From a virus (Duplodnaviria; Caudoviricetes): a stretch of DNA of 31,050 nucleotides. A program made the position numbers and the translations under genes. The stretch is taken from positions 1-31,050 of the IMG/VR virus record IMGVR_UViG_3300044490_000111; one strand, written 5' to 3'. Positions 9,600 to 19,000 of this stretch are shown in pieces. The notes under the pieces are model-generated. The model was not told the DNA's origin and made no database searches. It saw only the letters and a program-made list of their open reading frames with translations. Within the stretch, counting starts at the first letter, position 1; each line of letters begins with the position of its first letter.

Positions 9600-10391
9600 T
9601 TACACGGCGGTCCACGTCCCGATGTAAGCGAACACTTCCCACTGGCCGTCAGTGACACATTCGACCGTCACGTTTTCGCCAGCGGCATTGGCCGTCAGGT
9701 ACGCGCCAGCAGCGCTCTGCGCGCCAGTGCTCGGAAGAGCGATCGTCTCGGTGCCGTTCGGGTCGATACGCAACTCCTGCGCTGCCCCGACAAAGAACCG
9801 GTACTTCAGGCCCTTCGTCGCCGCCGGCAAACTGAACACAACCGTGCCAGCGGCGCCGATTGTGGTAAATGTCATGCCGGTTTCCGCGGCCGATACGGTT
9901 TTGTCCGCGGTGTGCGTCTGGACGCCGCCCTTGGGCTCATGCAGTCCGGGGGCGATGGTGCTGTAGAACCGCACCCACACACTCGTCGTCGCCGATCCGT
10001 AGTACCGCGTGACCTCCCCAATCGCAAGCGACCGATCGGTCACCTTGCGAACCTTGTTGTTCAGCAGCGCGTTGCCGGCAACGTTCTCGCAGGCGCCAAT
10101 CAAATCGCCGACGTTGAACGCACTGCTGACGCATTCCACTTTGGCTTCGATGTCCGGGCTGACTGGGAAGTTGGTCACGGCGCCGTCCGTTGCCAGTCGC
10201 GCATCGGCGGACAAGCCGCAGAAGTTGCGAGCGAACAGACGCTGATTCAGCTCCAGCGTGCCCTGGTCCGCCTGGCTACTGGCTGGGTACATCGACGTCG
10301 ACCCGTTGTAGTAGCACAGGTCGTAAACCGCGATGGCGATGCTTCCGACGAAAGGAAACTGCCTGGCAAGTTCAGAAACTCTGGTGGTCAT
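9600..10391 (-). CDS. Head decoration/cement protein with a C-terminal beta domain
   Basis: 263 aa, GGAGG RBS, located between scaffold and capsid genes. The 'F.G.S......G', 'GDL.G' and 'AIG.V' pattern resembles cement proteins. Confidence 0.65.
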   Translation of the reverse strand: MTTRVSELARQFPFVGSIAIAVYDLCYYNGSTSMYPASSQADQGTLELNQRLFARNFCGLSADARLATDGAVTNFPVSPDIEAKVECVSSAFNVGDLIGACENVAGNALLNNKVRKVTDRSLAIGEVTRYYGSATTSVWVRFYSTIAPGLHEPKGGVQTHTADKTVSAAETGMTFTTIGAAGTVVFSLPAATKGLKYRFFVGAAQELRIDPNGTETIALPSTGAQSAAGAYLTANAAGENVTVECVTDGQWEVFAYIGTWTAV

Positions 10392-10443
10392 TGCACGATT
10401 CCTCCGGTTTGGTTACTCGTTACGCGTGAACCGCTTAGTGGCG

Positions 10444-11358
10444 TTAGTTGCCCGCGGTGAGTGGTCCCTGACGACAGGCGCTTTCAAACGCGCCTGGCTT
10501 CGAATATCGCTCGATGGTTTTGTCCAAGGCTTCTTCCTTCTGCGCCGGTCTGCGTGGTTGTAACGGTGCGCTGCGTGGCACCAACGGAGGCGGCGCTGCA
10601 GATTCGACGATTGCAGCTTTGAGGGTCACCGCGTAATTCCGGCGCTGTTCAGACGTACCCAGCCGCGCCATGGATTCGATGACCACGCGCGACTGGGGAC
10701 CAGTGAACCGGATTCCCTCTGCGGCAAGGATCCCAACACATTCCAGAATCACATTGGCGTCCAGTGGCGCCGCGCTTTCCGATACTGGCGGCTTTTTCTT
10801 CTTTTTCTTGCCTTCCTCTTCCTCTTCGTCAGGAGGGCCTTCCAACGGAACCTCTTCGACTTCTTCGACCACGCCATCGCCGCCGCTCGCCACTTCGGGC
10901 GATACCTCTTCGCTGCCCTCTTCCGTAGCCGGCGCAACTTCCTCTTCCAACTGCTGGTTCACCGGCGGTCCAGTCGGCTCCGCAGCGGCTTCCGTTGGTT
11001 CCGGTGCAGGCGTCATTGGACCAACGACAGCCGGCGCTGGAATGGTTCCCGTTGCGATGGCACCTGCCTGCGGCGTCTGCAGGCGACCTACCAGCTCCGA
11101 AATCGAATCCGGCAGACCCAAGGTCATGATGACAGCCTTGATGGTCTTCACGTCCGCGCGAGCGAGCAACGCCGCCGCCGAAGCCAGTAGCCCTTCCCGG
11201 ATCGACTGCTCGGGACTGGCGTTGTCTGGCAGTTCAACGGGCATGCTGTCCATCGGGCCGGGCGCCTGCGGATGTTGCACAACGGCTTCGAACAGGAACT
11301 TCCGCTCCGGACCTTCCGACAACGATTCAATGATCCGCCCCAGGGTCGTGTACGGCAT
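10444..11358 (-). CDS. Probable scaffolding protein
   Basis: 304 aa with an acidic/Pro-rich core directly after the protease gene. Contains many hydrophobic-x-ES sites (IIES, VSES, VIES, IVES, AFES). Confidence 0.7.
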   Translation of the reverse strand: MPYTTLGRIIESLSEGPERKFLFEAVVQHPQAPGPMDSMPVELPDNASPEQSIREGLLASAAALLARADVKTIKAVIMTLGLPDSISELVGRLQTPQAGAIATGTIPAPAVVGPMTPAPEPTEAAAEPTGPPVNQQLEEEVAPATEEGSEEVSPEVASGGDGVVEEVEEVPLEGPPDEEEEEGKKKKKKPPVSESAAPLDANVILECVGILAAEGIRFTGPQSRVVIESMARLGTSEQRRNYAVTLKAAIVESAAPPPLVPRSAPLQPRRPAQKEEALDKTIERYSKPGAFESACRQGPLTAGN

Positions 11359-11361
11359 TGG

Positions 11362-12483
11362 TCACACCCCCATTGCAAGTGACTCAAACAGCCCAGCCGT
11401 GGTACCAGGCTTCGATGCAATCAACGCAATACCGTCCACGTCGGTGATTCGGCTTAGCCAGATTTGCCCATCTCGCAAGACGGGATCGTCGTACCCGGCT
11501 TCCTGACTGAATGCCAGTTTCCGCGGGAACTTCCGCGCCGTTTCAAGCAGTTGCGGCACGAACGGATGCGTCGACAGGTAGTAGAAGTCTCCGCGGATTC
11601 CGTCGCCATCGGCAAACCGCACGTTGCGCATGACTCCGAGTAAATCGCTCGCCGATCTCTCGCTTGTTTTGATGATCCTGGCGCCAGATTGATCGAAGTC
11701 GAATGGACGATGGTCCAGGAAGACTGCGGCATCTTCGTAGAGCGGAAGAGCAGCCCGGAGTCCATCCGCCGTGTAGCCGTATGGTCGTTCCAGTGCCTCG
11801 CCAAACTTAATCGGGTCGAGTCCGAGCACGCGACCAGTGTTTCTGGACTGCACGCCTAACAGCTTCACATCCCGAATCACCTGCGAATCGGCATCAATCC
11901 TGGTGGAGTAATCAGATGCTGGCCAGTCGGATGATGCCAACTCCAGAACGCGCGGGTGCGATGGTGACCACAGTTCGAGAACAAGCTGCCGGAACGGCTG
12001 CGCTGATTCATCCGCTTGGCCTGCCGCCGCGCCGAACATGCCGCGCTGCGCGTCCGTCAGCGGCCGACCGTGCACCGTGCCGTCACGCAAGATTTCCTTG
12101 GCTTTGTCCGGCGCGATGTCGTCCGACGGCTGGCTCTCGTCCGCCCGCTTGCCTAACGCCTTGGAATGCCACCCTGCGACCGAACACGCCGCTTCGTAGG
12201 TGGGCGCCGTCGCGATGTGCTGCTTGTCGTAGCCAAACCGTTGGCTTGCATTGGGCTTGCGGTAGTGGACTTCGTGTTCGTCCTTACCGTCTTCGCACGA
12301 GATTTCGTAGACGTGGCCCTCTTCTGGCTTGCAAAGTCGCGTCAGTTTCGTGCCCGGCAACCAGACCGGACGACCGCTGATCGTTGCCCACCTGCCTGGT
12401 TGGCCCTCGGCGGATTCAAGCACACGCCCTAGCACGGGCGTGCCGTAGTCAAGGAATTGGATGACGTTTTGCAGACCAATCAC
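11362..12483 (-). CDS. Prohead maturation protease (herpes-fold, T4 gp21/HK97-like) with a long N-terminal extension
   Basis: C-terminal motifs 'SRNTGR...Y', 'VFLDH', 'R...D.LG', 'AFS', 'KPGTTAGLFES'. Likely GTG start at 12483, 7 nt after GGGAG. Confidence 0.8.
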   Translation of the reverse strand: MIGLQNVIQFLDYGTPVLGRVLESAEGQPGRWATISGRPVWLPGTKLTRLCKPEEGHVYEISCEDGKDEHEVHYRKPNASQRFGYDKQHIATAPTYEAACSVAGWHSKALGKRADESQPSDDIAPDKAKEILRDGTVHGRPLTDAQRGMFGAAAGQADESAQPFRQLVLELWSPSHPRVLELASSDWPASDYSTRIDADSQVIRDVKLLGVQSRNTGRVLGLDPIKFGEALERPYGYTADGLRAALPLYEDAAVFLDHRPFDFDQSGARIIKTSERSASDLLGVMRNVRFADGDGIRGDFYYLSTHPFVPQLLETARKFPRKLAFSQEAGYDDPVLRDGQIWLSRITDVDGIALIASKPGTTAGLFESLAMGV

Positions 12484-12507
12484 AGCTGAACTCCCACGTT
12501 CAGCCGC

Positions 12508-12539
12508 AATCGTTACGCGAGGTGCTGTAAATTTGTCAA
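12508..12539 (-). promoter_or_regulatory. Promoter-like motif upstream of the head/tail operon
   Basis: TTGACAAATTTACAGCACCTCGCGTAACGATT, followed by a 9-bp hairpin (12483-12506) that includes the RBS. Confidence 0.55.
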
Positions 12540-15500
12540 GAGACTTTCGCGGAATTTCCCGTTCCCGCCGCCGCCTGCGTCCCTTGAAGCGTTGCCAGTT
12601 CGGCATTCGCCTTGTCGATTTCCCGCTGGTACTTCGGCAGGACCTTACCGTTTTTCCCACGGAAGTTCGACGCGGTTTGGATGTACGACGTCAACTGCAA
12701 AATCCGCCCCGCCTGTTTCTTCGCTGCCGCCGCTGCCTCTTCCTTGGCAACTTGGTCCGCTGGCTTCTGTAACTGCCGTATCTGCCCCTCCACTTCCATC
12801 CCGCCCTCAGACATGAGCGGCGTCGCCATCACGCCAGCGTTTTCCTTTCGCAAGCGCTCCCCTTCCGCCTGATTCGCGTCGGCTTTCTGGTGTGCCGCTT
12901 GCAACCGCTGCTTCACCGCGTCGATCCCGACAATCCCGATCCGTTTCTCCGCGTTCGCGACGGCTGCTTCCCGGCTCGCTCCGTACCCCAGTGCCATCCC
13001 GCTCTTGGCGTCGGTCAAGGTGAACATCTTGCCAGGATCCTTGCCGCGGTTCTGCGCCATTGTCTTGTGAGTGATGAACTCCACGTCTTCCAGCCCTTTG
13101 ATTTTCGCTGCCTCCGCGTCAGGAACGTTTACCTCCCCCTGCGCCGTCTTGACCGTGTATGTTTTGTCTGCCGGAGGCTTCGGCTTCAACCCGGCAGTCG
13201 CCTTATGCGCGAGCCGTGCGGTTTCGTCTTTTGTGGACTGCGCCGCCTTGCCCTCTTCGTCGGTCTTCCGCTTGGCATGGGCAATCGCGTCTTTGGCGAT
13301 GTCGTGGTGAGTCTTGCCGCTCGCCAACGGGAGAGTCATCGGAGGTGCCTTGGGTTTCTCTGACGGCTTCGGTTGTTCCTGCGCTGCCGGTTTGACGACC
13401 CCCGGTTCACTCGCCGGTTTTTCTTCGCCAGTCTTCCAGCCTTCATCCTTAGTGACCGGTCCGCGGAATGTGTGCGTGCTTGTCTGAGCCCAACTGTTTT
13501 CGATCTTGACCGTCGTCAACTGCTGGGTATCTGTGCCACTCCAGGTCGATTTGGGATCGGTCGGATGGAACGCGGGCGTCTTCCTCGTCTGCGTGCGAAC
13601 GCTGATGACCTTGCCCTTCTCGCCGTCGATTGTCACTTCCTCGCCTACTTTCAATGCGGCGGCAGCTGCCTGCGGCGTTTCTTTGGTGGTCAAGGCATCT
13701 GCTGTTTCCTTCCCCGTCCACGACATGTCTTGCTGTGCCTTCCGGGATGCATCTGCCAAATCGGGACGCACCTTGGTGATGGCTTTCGTCAGGTCGTCAT
13801 ACTGATCCTGATGGATGCCGGCAAACGCTACCCCCACGGCGCCTTCATCCAACAGGTCTGGATTCTCCAGCATGTGGTGCAAGGCTTTCGCCCGCTCGCC
13901 GGTGCCGATGTTGATGAATTCCGGCTCTTTGACTGCGGCAGCTGTTTCCGTTGGCGTCGCTTCCCCCTTGTGGGCGAACTGGCCCTTGTTCTTCGCGCCG
14001 CCACGCGGGTGCGCGCTTTCGTCCCAATTGGCGTCAGTTTGTGCCTGCACTGGTGCCGCGGATGCGCGCTTCGCCTGCATGGCTTCCCACTCCGGGTCCT
14101 CACGATCACCACGCATGATCGTCCGCGCTTCAAACACCGGACGCCCGGACGGGCCGATACGCCATTCCGACTCGCCGAACCGACCGGACGTCGGATCGAA
14201 CGTTCCCCGGTTGCCAGTCGCCGACTTGATCTGAGCCGCATCGAACACGATGAAGCTGTCAGCTTTCAACTTCGCATCGTAGTAGTCTTTGAAGATAATC
14301 CCATCAAATCCCTTAGCCTTCGCCTGCCGTTGGATTTTCTCCGCTACACTCGCGTCGTTCAGCATCTGGTACGGGCGCCGTCCAGAAAACGGCATGTCGG
14401 CAATCGTCATGTCAATCCCGTGCTGCGCAAGCACCTGGATCAGCTTGTCCGGATTCTGCGGTCGAATCCCCAACGACCGCAAGTCGATCGGCTTCTCCAT
14501 CTTCAGGAACGCCGGGACGATTTGGCTTCCCACGCCGATCGTGCTGCTCTTCCATTGCAACGTCACGGGATCAATCTGGCTCGTGGCGGATCGCGCCGCC
14601 CGCTTTCGCTCTCGCTCGCTGGCGTCCCGCGCCTTCGACGCCATCTGCGCGGCTTCCTTCTTTGTCTCCGGCGACATCGCCGCCATCATCTGCTCTTGGG
14701 GCATGGTCCAGTCCACGGACAGTTTCTTCAGGTCACCAGCCAACTTCTCAGCCTGCTTGAACGTCCCCGACCCGACAGCAAACCCGCTCGCCGCATGCAG
14801 CACGCCATACAGGTCACCGTCTTCGCTCAGCCTGCGCAGCACAAGCCCAGGCGTCTTGGTACTCCACGCCGGAGTCTCCAGCGTCTGTTCTGCGCCATCA
14901 TCGCCCATGACGTGCGCCTTGACTGTCGCGTCTGCTGGCCTGACCGGCTTCTCGGGTTCCTTGCCGGGTTCGAAGTCCAGCGGCTCTTCTGATCCTGAGA
15001 ATTTGCCAGCGAACTCAGGATTCGAACTGAAGTAGTGCCATCCAATCGCCGCCAAGTCACTCGTGGATCCCGGTCCGCCGAACTCGCTGAACTCTTTGGC
15101 CGTGCCGTGGTACACGCGCAGCGGCTGTCCAGTGTCGTCCTTCACCTGGGAGTTGCCGAACCATGACTTGAATTCTGGCGTCTCGGTGACGGGACCCTTC
15201 GGCTGTGGCGTCGATTGCGGTTGCGTCTCTGCCTGATAGAACGTCCTGCCGTACCCGGAATCTGTCGTTCCCTTGTCCGGTCCATCCAGCCACGTGAACT
15301 TCCACCGCGTGTACTGATCGAACGCGCCATCTGTTCCGAGAATCTTCACGGCCTGTAGCTGACCGCTCTCTGGATTTGTGGTCCATGCGACCATGCCAGC
15401 CTCTGGAGGAACACGTGCAACACCAGTGTCGCCTGCATACCGCGTCCCCGGAGGTAGCTTCGGCGCTTCTGGCATATCGGCTGGCGTTGTCGTTGCGAAC

Positions 15501-16465
15501 GGACTGGAGCTGACGACTGGCGGGGCGCCTGTGCTTGGTGTATTTGGCTGTTCCTGGCCCTTCACGACATCCAAGAAATCAGACAGCCCGTATGTTGGTC
15601 GGCCCCGCGTCGCTTTGACGTGCTCGTCGTACAGCGCCTGGGCAGTATCAACCGCCGAGCCCTTCTTGGCAAACAACCCGCCTTTCCCGCGGGGGTGTTC
15701 TTCCTCTTCCCATTGACCTTCGAAGACTCGCGGAATGCCGTTGAAGAGGCTCCATGATTCGAACTGGGCATAGAATGCCCGAGCGTTGAAGGCGTCTCGC
15801 ACCAAGGGCGTACTGCCACCTCTATGGTGTCGATCGAAGAACGCTTGGGCTATCTTCCGATCGCTGTCGGTCAAGATCTCGTCGTCCGCGAAGTGCTTTC
15901 TGGCTTGCGCACTCTGGTGTGGCTTGAACAACCGTTCCGCGCCGACCGCGGCAGCGTAGGGCGCCTTCAGCGTCTCCAGAGTCCCGACGATCCTTTCCTT
16001 GGTCCACTTCCCTGGTTCGTTGACCGCCTGGTACAAGACACTCCGTGCCAAGTCTTCATCATGCCCCGCAGACGCCAATTCCTGCCCTGCGTACATGATG
16101 CCTGCTTCGACCTGCAGTAAGTCGAGCCGCTTACTCACCGACAGCCGCGACCCAATCTGGTTCGCCGCGCGTTCAGCTTCCAGCTTGGCATCGTTCCAGA
16201 CTTCCTCACCAAAGACCGAGCGGATAAGGGCACCCGCCTCTGCCGCTTCCGTGGGTGTGATTTCCTTGGCGCGCCTGTTCAGGTCCTTGTAGCCGCTATC
16301 CTGCCGCCACTTGCCCTTGTTCAAAGACGAGACGGTCTGCGCCACGTCGCCGTCTCCGTTGCGGACGAACAGCCCCGCGTCGCCACGCGGATGCTCCGCC
16401 TCGTCCCAGGTTTCAAACACCGGACGTCCACCACGTCCAACACGCCAAACGCTCGTCGCTGTCAT
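12536..16465 (-). CDS. Large polyvalent protein A with an ADP-ribosyltransferase (ART-PolyVal-like) domain and several unknown domains
   Basis: Likely start MTATSVW (GGAGG RBS), 1309 aa. Motifs 'TPEFKSWFGNSQV.D..G.PL.VYHGT...YFS' and 'GFDGIIF...FIVFD..QIKSATGNRGTFDP'. Three W(D/E)E..HPR..G.F motifs. Confidence 0.8.
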   Translation of the reverse strand: MTATSVWRVGRGGRPVFETWDEAEHPRGDAGLFVRNGDGDVAQTVSSLNKGKWRQDSGYKDLNRRAKEITPTEAAEAGALIRSVFGEEVWNDAKLEAERAANQIGSRLSVSKRLDLLQVEAGIMYAGQELASAGHDEDLARSVLYQAVNEPGKWTKERIVGTLETLKAPYAAAVGAERLFKPHQSAQARKHFADDEILTDSDRKIAQAFFDRHHRGGSTPLVRDAFNARAFYAQFESWSLFNGIPRVFEGQWEEEEHPRGKGGLFAKKGSAVDTAQALYDEHVKATRGRPTYGLSDFLDVVKGQEQPNTPSTGAPPVVSSSPFATTTPADMPEAPKLPPGTRYAGDTGVARVPPEAGMVAWTTNPESGQLQAVKILGTDGAFDQYTRWKFTWLDGPDKGTTDSGYGRTFYQAETQPQSTPQPKGPVTETPEFKSWFGNSQVKDDTGQPLRVYHGTAKEFSEFGGPGSTSDLAAIGWHYFSSNPEFAGKFSGSEEPLDFEPGKEPEKPVRPADATVKAHVMGDDGAEQTLETPAWSTKTPGLVLRRLSEDGDLYGVLHAASGFAVGSGTFKQAEKLAGDLKKLSVDWTMPQEQMMAAMSPETKKEAAQMASKARDASERERKRAARSATSQIDPVTLQWKSSTIGVGSQIVPAFLKMEKPIDLRSLGIRPQNPDKLIQVLAQHGIDMTIADMPFSGRRPYQMLNDASVAEKIQRQAKAKGFDGIIFKDYYDAKLKADSFIVFDAAQIKSATGNRGTFDPTSGRFGESEWRIGPSGRPVFEARTIMRGDREDPEWEAMQAKRASAAPVQAQTDANWDESAHPRGGAKNKGQFAHKGEATPTETAAAVKEPEFINIGTGERAKALHHMLENPDLLDEGAVGVAFAGIHQDQYDDLTKAITKVRPDLADASRKAQQDMSWTGKETADALTTKETPQAAAAALKVGEEVTIDGEKGKVISVRTQTRKTPAFHPTDPKSTWSGTDTQQLTTVKIENSWAQTSTHTFRGPVTKDEGWKTGEEKPASEPGVVKPAAQEQPKPSEKPKAPPMTLPLASGKTHHDIAKDAIAHAKRKTDEEGKAAQSTKDETARLAHKATAGLKPKPPADKTYTVKTAQGEVNVPDAEAAKIKGLEDVEFITHKTMAQNRGKDPGKMFTLTDAKSGMALGYGASREAAVANAEKRIGIVGIDAVKQRLQAAHQKADANQAEGERLRKENAGVMATPLMSEGGMEVEGQIRQLQKPADQVAKEEAAAAAKKQAGRILQLTSYIQTASNFRGKNGKVLPKYQREIDKANAELATLQGTQAAAGTGNSAKVS

Positions 16466-16487
16466 CGCAGTGCCTCCGCAGTTCGCC

Positions 16488-16546
16488 AATCATTACCGCA
16501 GATGAGCTGATTTTGCAACCGGAACAAGCCCGCGGGACTCCCGCGG
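16488..16546 (-). promoter_or_regulatory. Promoter-like motif with an upstream palindrome
   Basis: TTGCAA-N17-TAATGATT (16518-16488) and the palindrome CCGCGGGA-C-TCCCGCGG (16530-16546). Confidence 0.5.
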
Positions 16547-16552
16547 TCAGCG

Positions 16553-16586
16553 CAAAAAGAAACCCGGCAGCTTTCGCCGCCGGGTT
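16553..16586 (-). terminator. Intrinsic terminator
   Basis: AACCCGGCGGC-GAAA-GCTGCCGGGTT followed by TCTTTTT. Confidence 0.8.
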
Positions 16587-16615
16587 CCCCGCTTCCCGAC
16601 ATCGACCGGCGCTGA

Positions 16616-16930
16616 CTAAGAATCGCAACCTCGCACCCGACGCAGCGGCAAGATCAATAGGGACCTCAGACCCTTGGCGCGTTTGCCGCATTTCCCGGCG
16701 CGACATGTGGCGTCTTTTTGCGCTACATCCTTCTGGTCCGCGCCGACCGCGACAAGCTCGACCGCACGGACCCCCTGAACCGTGACCGGGGTGACCGGCA
16801 TCGTGACTAGCGACTGCAACTCCTGATAATCATTCGCGCTTCGCGTCGCGGACTGCGCCGTCGGGCAGACCATCAGCATGGCCCCCACGGCGCACAGCAC
16901 CAGAAAACAGAGCACACAGAATCGCATCAT
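16616..16930 (-). CDS. Small exported protein with a signal peptide (moron-like)
   Basis: MMRFCVLCFLVLCAVGAMLMVCPTAQSA leader, GGAGG RBS, its own promoter and terminator. Confidence 0.65.
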   Translation of the reverse strand: MMRFCVLCFLVLCAVGAMLMVCPTAQSATRSANDYQELQSLVTMPVTPVTVQGVRAVELVAVGADQKDVAQKDATCRAGKCGKRAKGLRSLLILPLRRVRGCDS

Positions 16931-16987
16931 TCCATCCTCCCTTCTGCAAAGTACCTTCACTCCGACACTTGGTAGTGGTAAAACGTA

Positions 16988-17016
16988 AGCCTACCGTCTT
17001 CCCGTCCAGGAGTCAA
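16988..17016 (-). promoter_or_regulatory. Sigma70-type promoter
   Basis: TTGACT-N17-TAGGCT. Confidence 0.6.
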
Positions 17017-17022
17017 CAGGAA

Positions 17023-17343
17023 TCAAAACACCGCCGCCGCTCCGTCCTGGAACCGAAGCGTCTTCCCGTCGTCTTCCCTGGTTGGGCTGCCACCCCACGT
17101 TGCCCGCACTCGGGCACCGAGTCTCCTGCCCCAATGTTCGTCAAATCCACGCGGGATGTCCCCCAACGATAACCGGTCACAGTCGAACCCGTACCGCACG
17201 GCGAACCGTCTGCCAAGTTCATCCCGCGGCGACTCCCAGTCGAGTAGCCACATGCCGTCCTTTTCCCAAAGGATGGTCCGTCCGCAGCCGACGCTGGCGA
17301 CGAACGCTCGGTAAATCCCGACGATCACTTCTGCTTCCGTCAT
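17023..17343 (-). CDS. Hypothetical protein
   Basis: MTEAEVIV..., ATGA-coupled to the upstream gene. Confidence 0.6.
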   Translation of the reverse strand: MTEAEVIVGIYRAFVASVGCGRTILWEKDGMWLLDWESPRDELGRRFAVRYGFDCDRLSLGDIPRGFDEHWGRRLGARVRATWGGSPTREDDGKTLRFQDGAAAVF

Positions 17344-18350
17344 CTCCGCGTTCTCCGATTGACGAGCGATCTCACGGCCGTCCAGTGGTCGGCAATGCCG
17401 CCCAGGGTAGCCCGGTCCGCCTGTTCCTGCGCCGCATCTTCCTCCCACAACTCCGCATCAATCTCGGGAGTCACGTTGTCCCGGATCAACTGTTCGATGA
17501 CCTGCGGCGACAGCGCGTCCAGTTCCCACGATTCCCCACTGAAGCGGTCATTGTACGCTGCGGCACGTGGGTCTGTGACCTTCGTCGGATTCGGCGGCGG
17601 ATTGTATTGCCGTATCTGGTCCCATGTGAGCGCGATGCGCCGCACCTCCAGCCCGGACGTGTCACACCACATTGCGCCGTCGTCATCCGATTCGTCACTC
17701 GATTCGGCTTGCCACTGCCCGCGCCCAAACGTCTCCAGACGATCGGCGATGTCCCGTGTCATGTCCAAACCGGACGGATCGTGGTCGCCCAGGTGGAGAA
17801 TTAGCACGCGTTTGTCGTTCTGAAGTTTCTCGCGGAAGCGCTGCGCGGCGGACCGCATCTCGGAAGCCGACGTGTAGCCACGGCAAGAGAAGTACGGGAC
17901 GCGCAGGTCTTCGCAGACGTTCGTCAACACCCCCTTCAGGGCGTCCTTCTCGATCCAACACTCGACGTACACCGGCTGCCGTGCCCACCTGTCCATCCGA
18001 AACTGTTCGGCACACGCCCGCACGATCGCCTGCGGGTCTTGCCACGCCGAAAGCACCTCTAAGTTCCGCGTCCGGTCTTCAATGGCAGACCAGTCGATCA
18101 ACCCAGCCATTCGGCCGTCGTTGATTAGATTACCAAGCCGCTTGTACGACCGTTCGTTGTTCACTGAGCCCGTGGTCGGGTCAGCCCACGTTGCTGGGAA
18201 CATATCCCGCGCCACGAACTGGTAGTACAGCTGCCGCACGGTCAGGCTGAACCCCTGCGCAGCGTACTCCCGAACAATCTCGCAAGCCGTCCGAATGAGA
18301 CTTCGCGACTCGGGTCTGAAATCGTGCGGCTCATAGCAGATGTATGGCAT
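17340..18350 (-). CDS. wHTH-TOPRIM protein (topoisomerase VI-A / Spo11 / JetD-like)
   Basis: Motifs 'LTVRQLYY', 'W.EKDAL', 'GY.S', 'LGDHDPSG.DM', 'RIALT..QI', 'WELDAL'. Confidence 0.85.
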   Translation of the reverse strand: MPYICYEPHDFRPESRSLIRTACEIVREYAAQGFSLTVRQLYYQFVARDMFPATWADPTTGSVNNERSYKRLGNLINDGRMAGLIDWSAIEDRTRNLEVLSAWQDPQAIVRACAEQFRMDRWARQPVYVECWIEKDALKGVLTNVCEDLRVPYFSCRGYTSASEMRSAAQRFREKLQNDKRVLILHLGDHDPSGLDMTRDIADRLETFGRGQWQAESSDESDDDGAMWCDTSGLEVRRIALTWDQIRQYNPPPNPTKVTDPRAAAYNDRFSGESWELDALSPQVIEQLIRDNVTPEIDAELWEEDAAQEQADRATLGGIADHWTAVRSLVNRRTRR

Positions 18351-18386
18351 TGGTCGTCCCTCCATACGTCAATTCGCTGCCCGACG

Positions 18387-18998
18387 TCAATTATTGACCC
18401 CCTGTGCTGCTTTGTCGTACTGGCGAATCCCCCAAACGATCGCGTAGAGGTTCCAGAGGTACCTGAACGTGAAGTCCCGACAGTCATGCTCCCAGAAATC
18501 CCGGAAGGCAAGACCGTGTTCGTTGAAGTTTAACAGTGCCGTCTCGGCAACTGCAGCACCTTCGTCGATCACGTCAAGGATGTCGACCGCAATCGCGTCC
18601 TCGACCTTCTTCACGATGGCTCGGTCCGTCTGTGCCTCCCGCCATGATTCGAATTCTGAGCGGAGCGCGTCCGTGAACTTCTCGGCCGACCATTCCTTGA
18701 ACCCGCCGTTGCTGTCGACTGCCAACAGTTTTTCTCCCCAATACGACGGATTAATTTGCAGCGGCCCAGTAAGCTCGCCGCGGAAGAACGAGAACATGTC
18801 GCTGACTCGCGCGAACACGTAGCACCCACAGTCACCGGTGATGCAGAGCGTTCCAGGCCATGTAATTAGGTCGAACCAGTATGTTGACGACTTGGGATCG
18901 CGGAACTGCACTTTCCGAAATGTGGCGTCTTCCACTACCGCGCTCAGACGATGATCCTTGACGTCCGCGAGAAACCGTTCTTCTGTGCATGCTGTCAT
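18387..18998 (-). CDS. Conserved phage hypothetical protein
   Basis: 203 aa. The 'YWFDLITWPG.L.ITGD.G.YVF.R..DMF.FFR' pattern is one I recognise from other phage proteins; function unknown. Confidence 0.75.
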   Translation of the reverse strand: MTACTEERFLADVKDHRLSAVVEDATFRKVQFRDPKSSTYWFDLITWPGTLCITGDCGCYVFARVSDMFSFFRGELTGPLQINPSYWGEKLLAVDSNGGFKEWSAEKFTDALRSEFESWREAQTDRAIVKKVEDAIAVDILDVIDEGAAVAETALLNFNEHGLAFRDFWEHDCRDFTFRYLWNLYAIVWGIRQYDKAAQGVNN

Positions 18999-19000
18999 GG

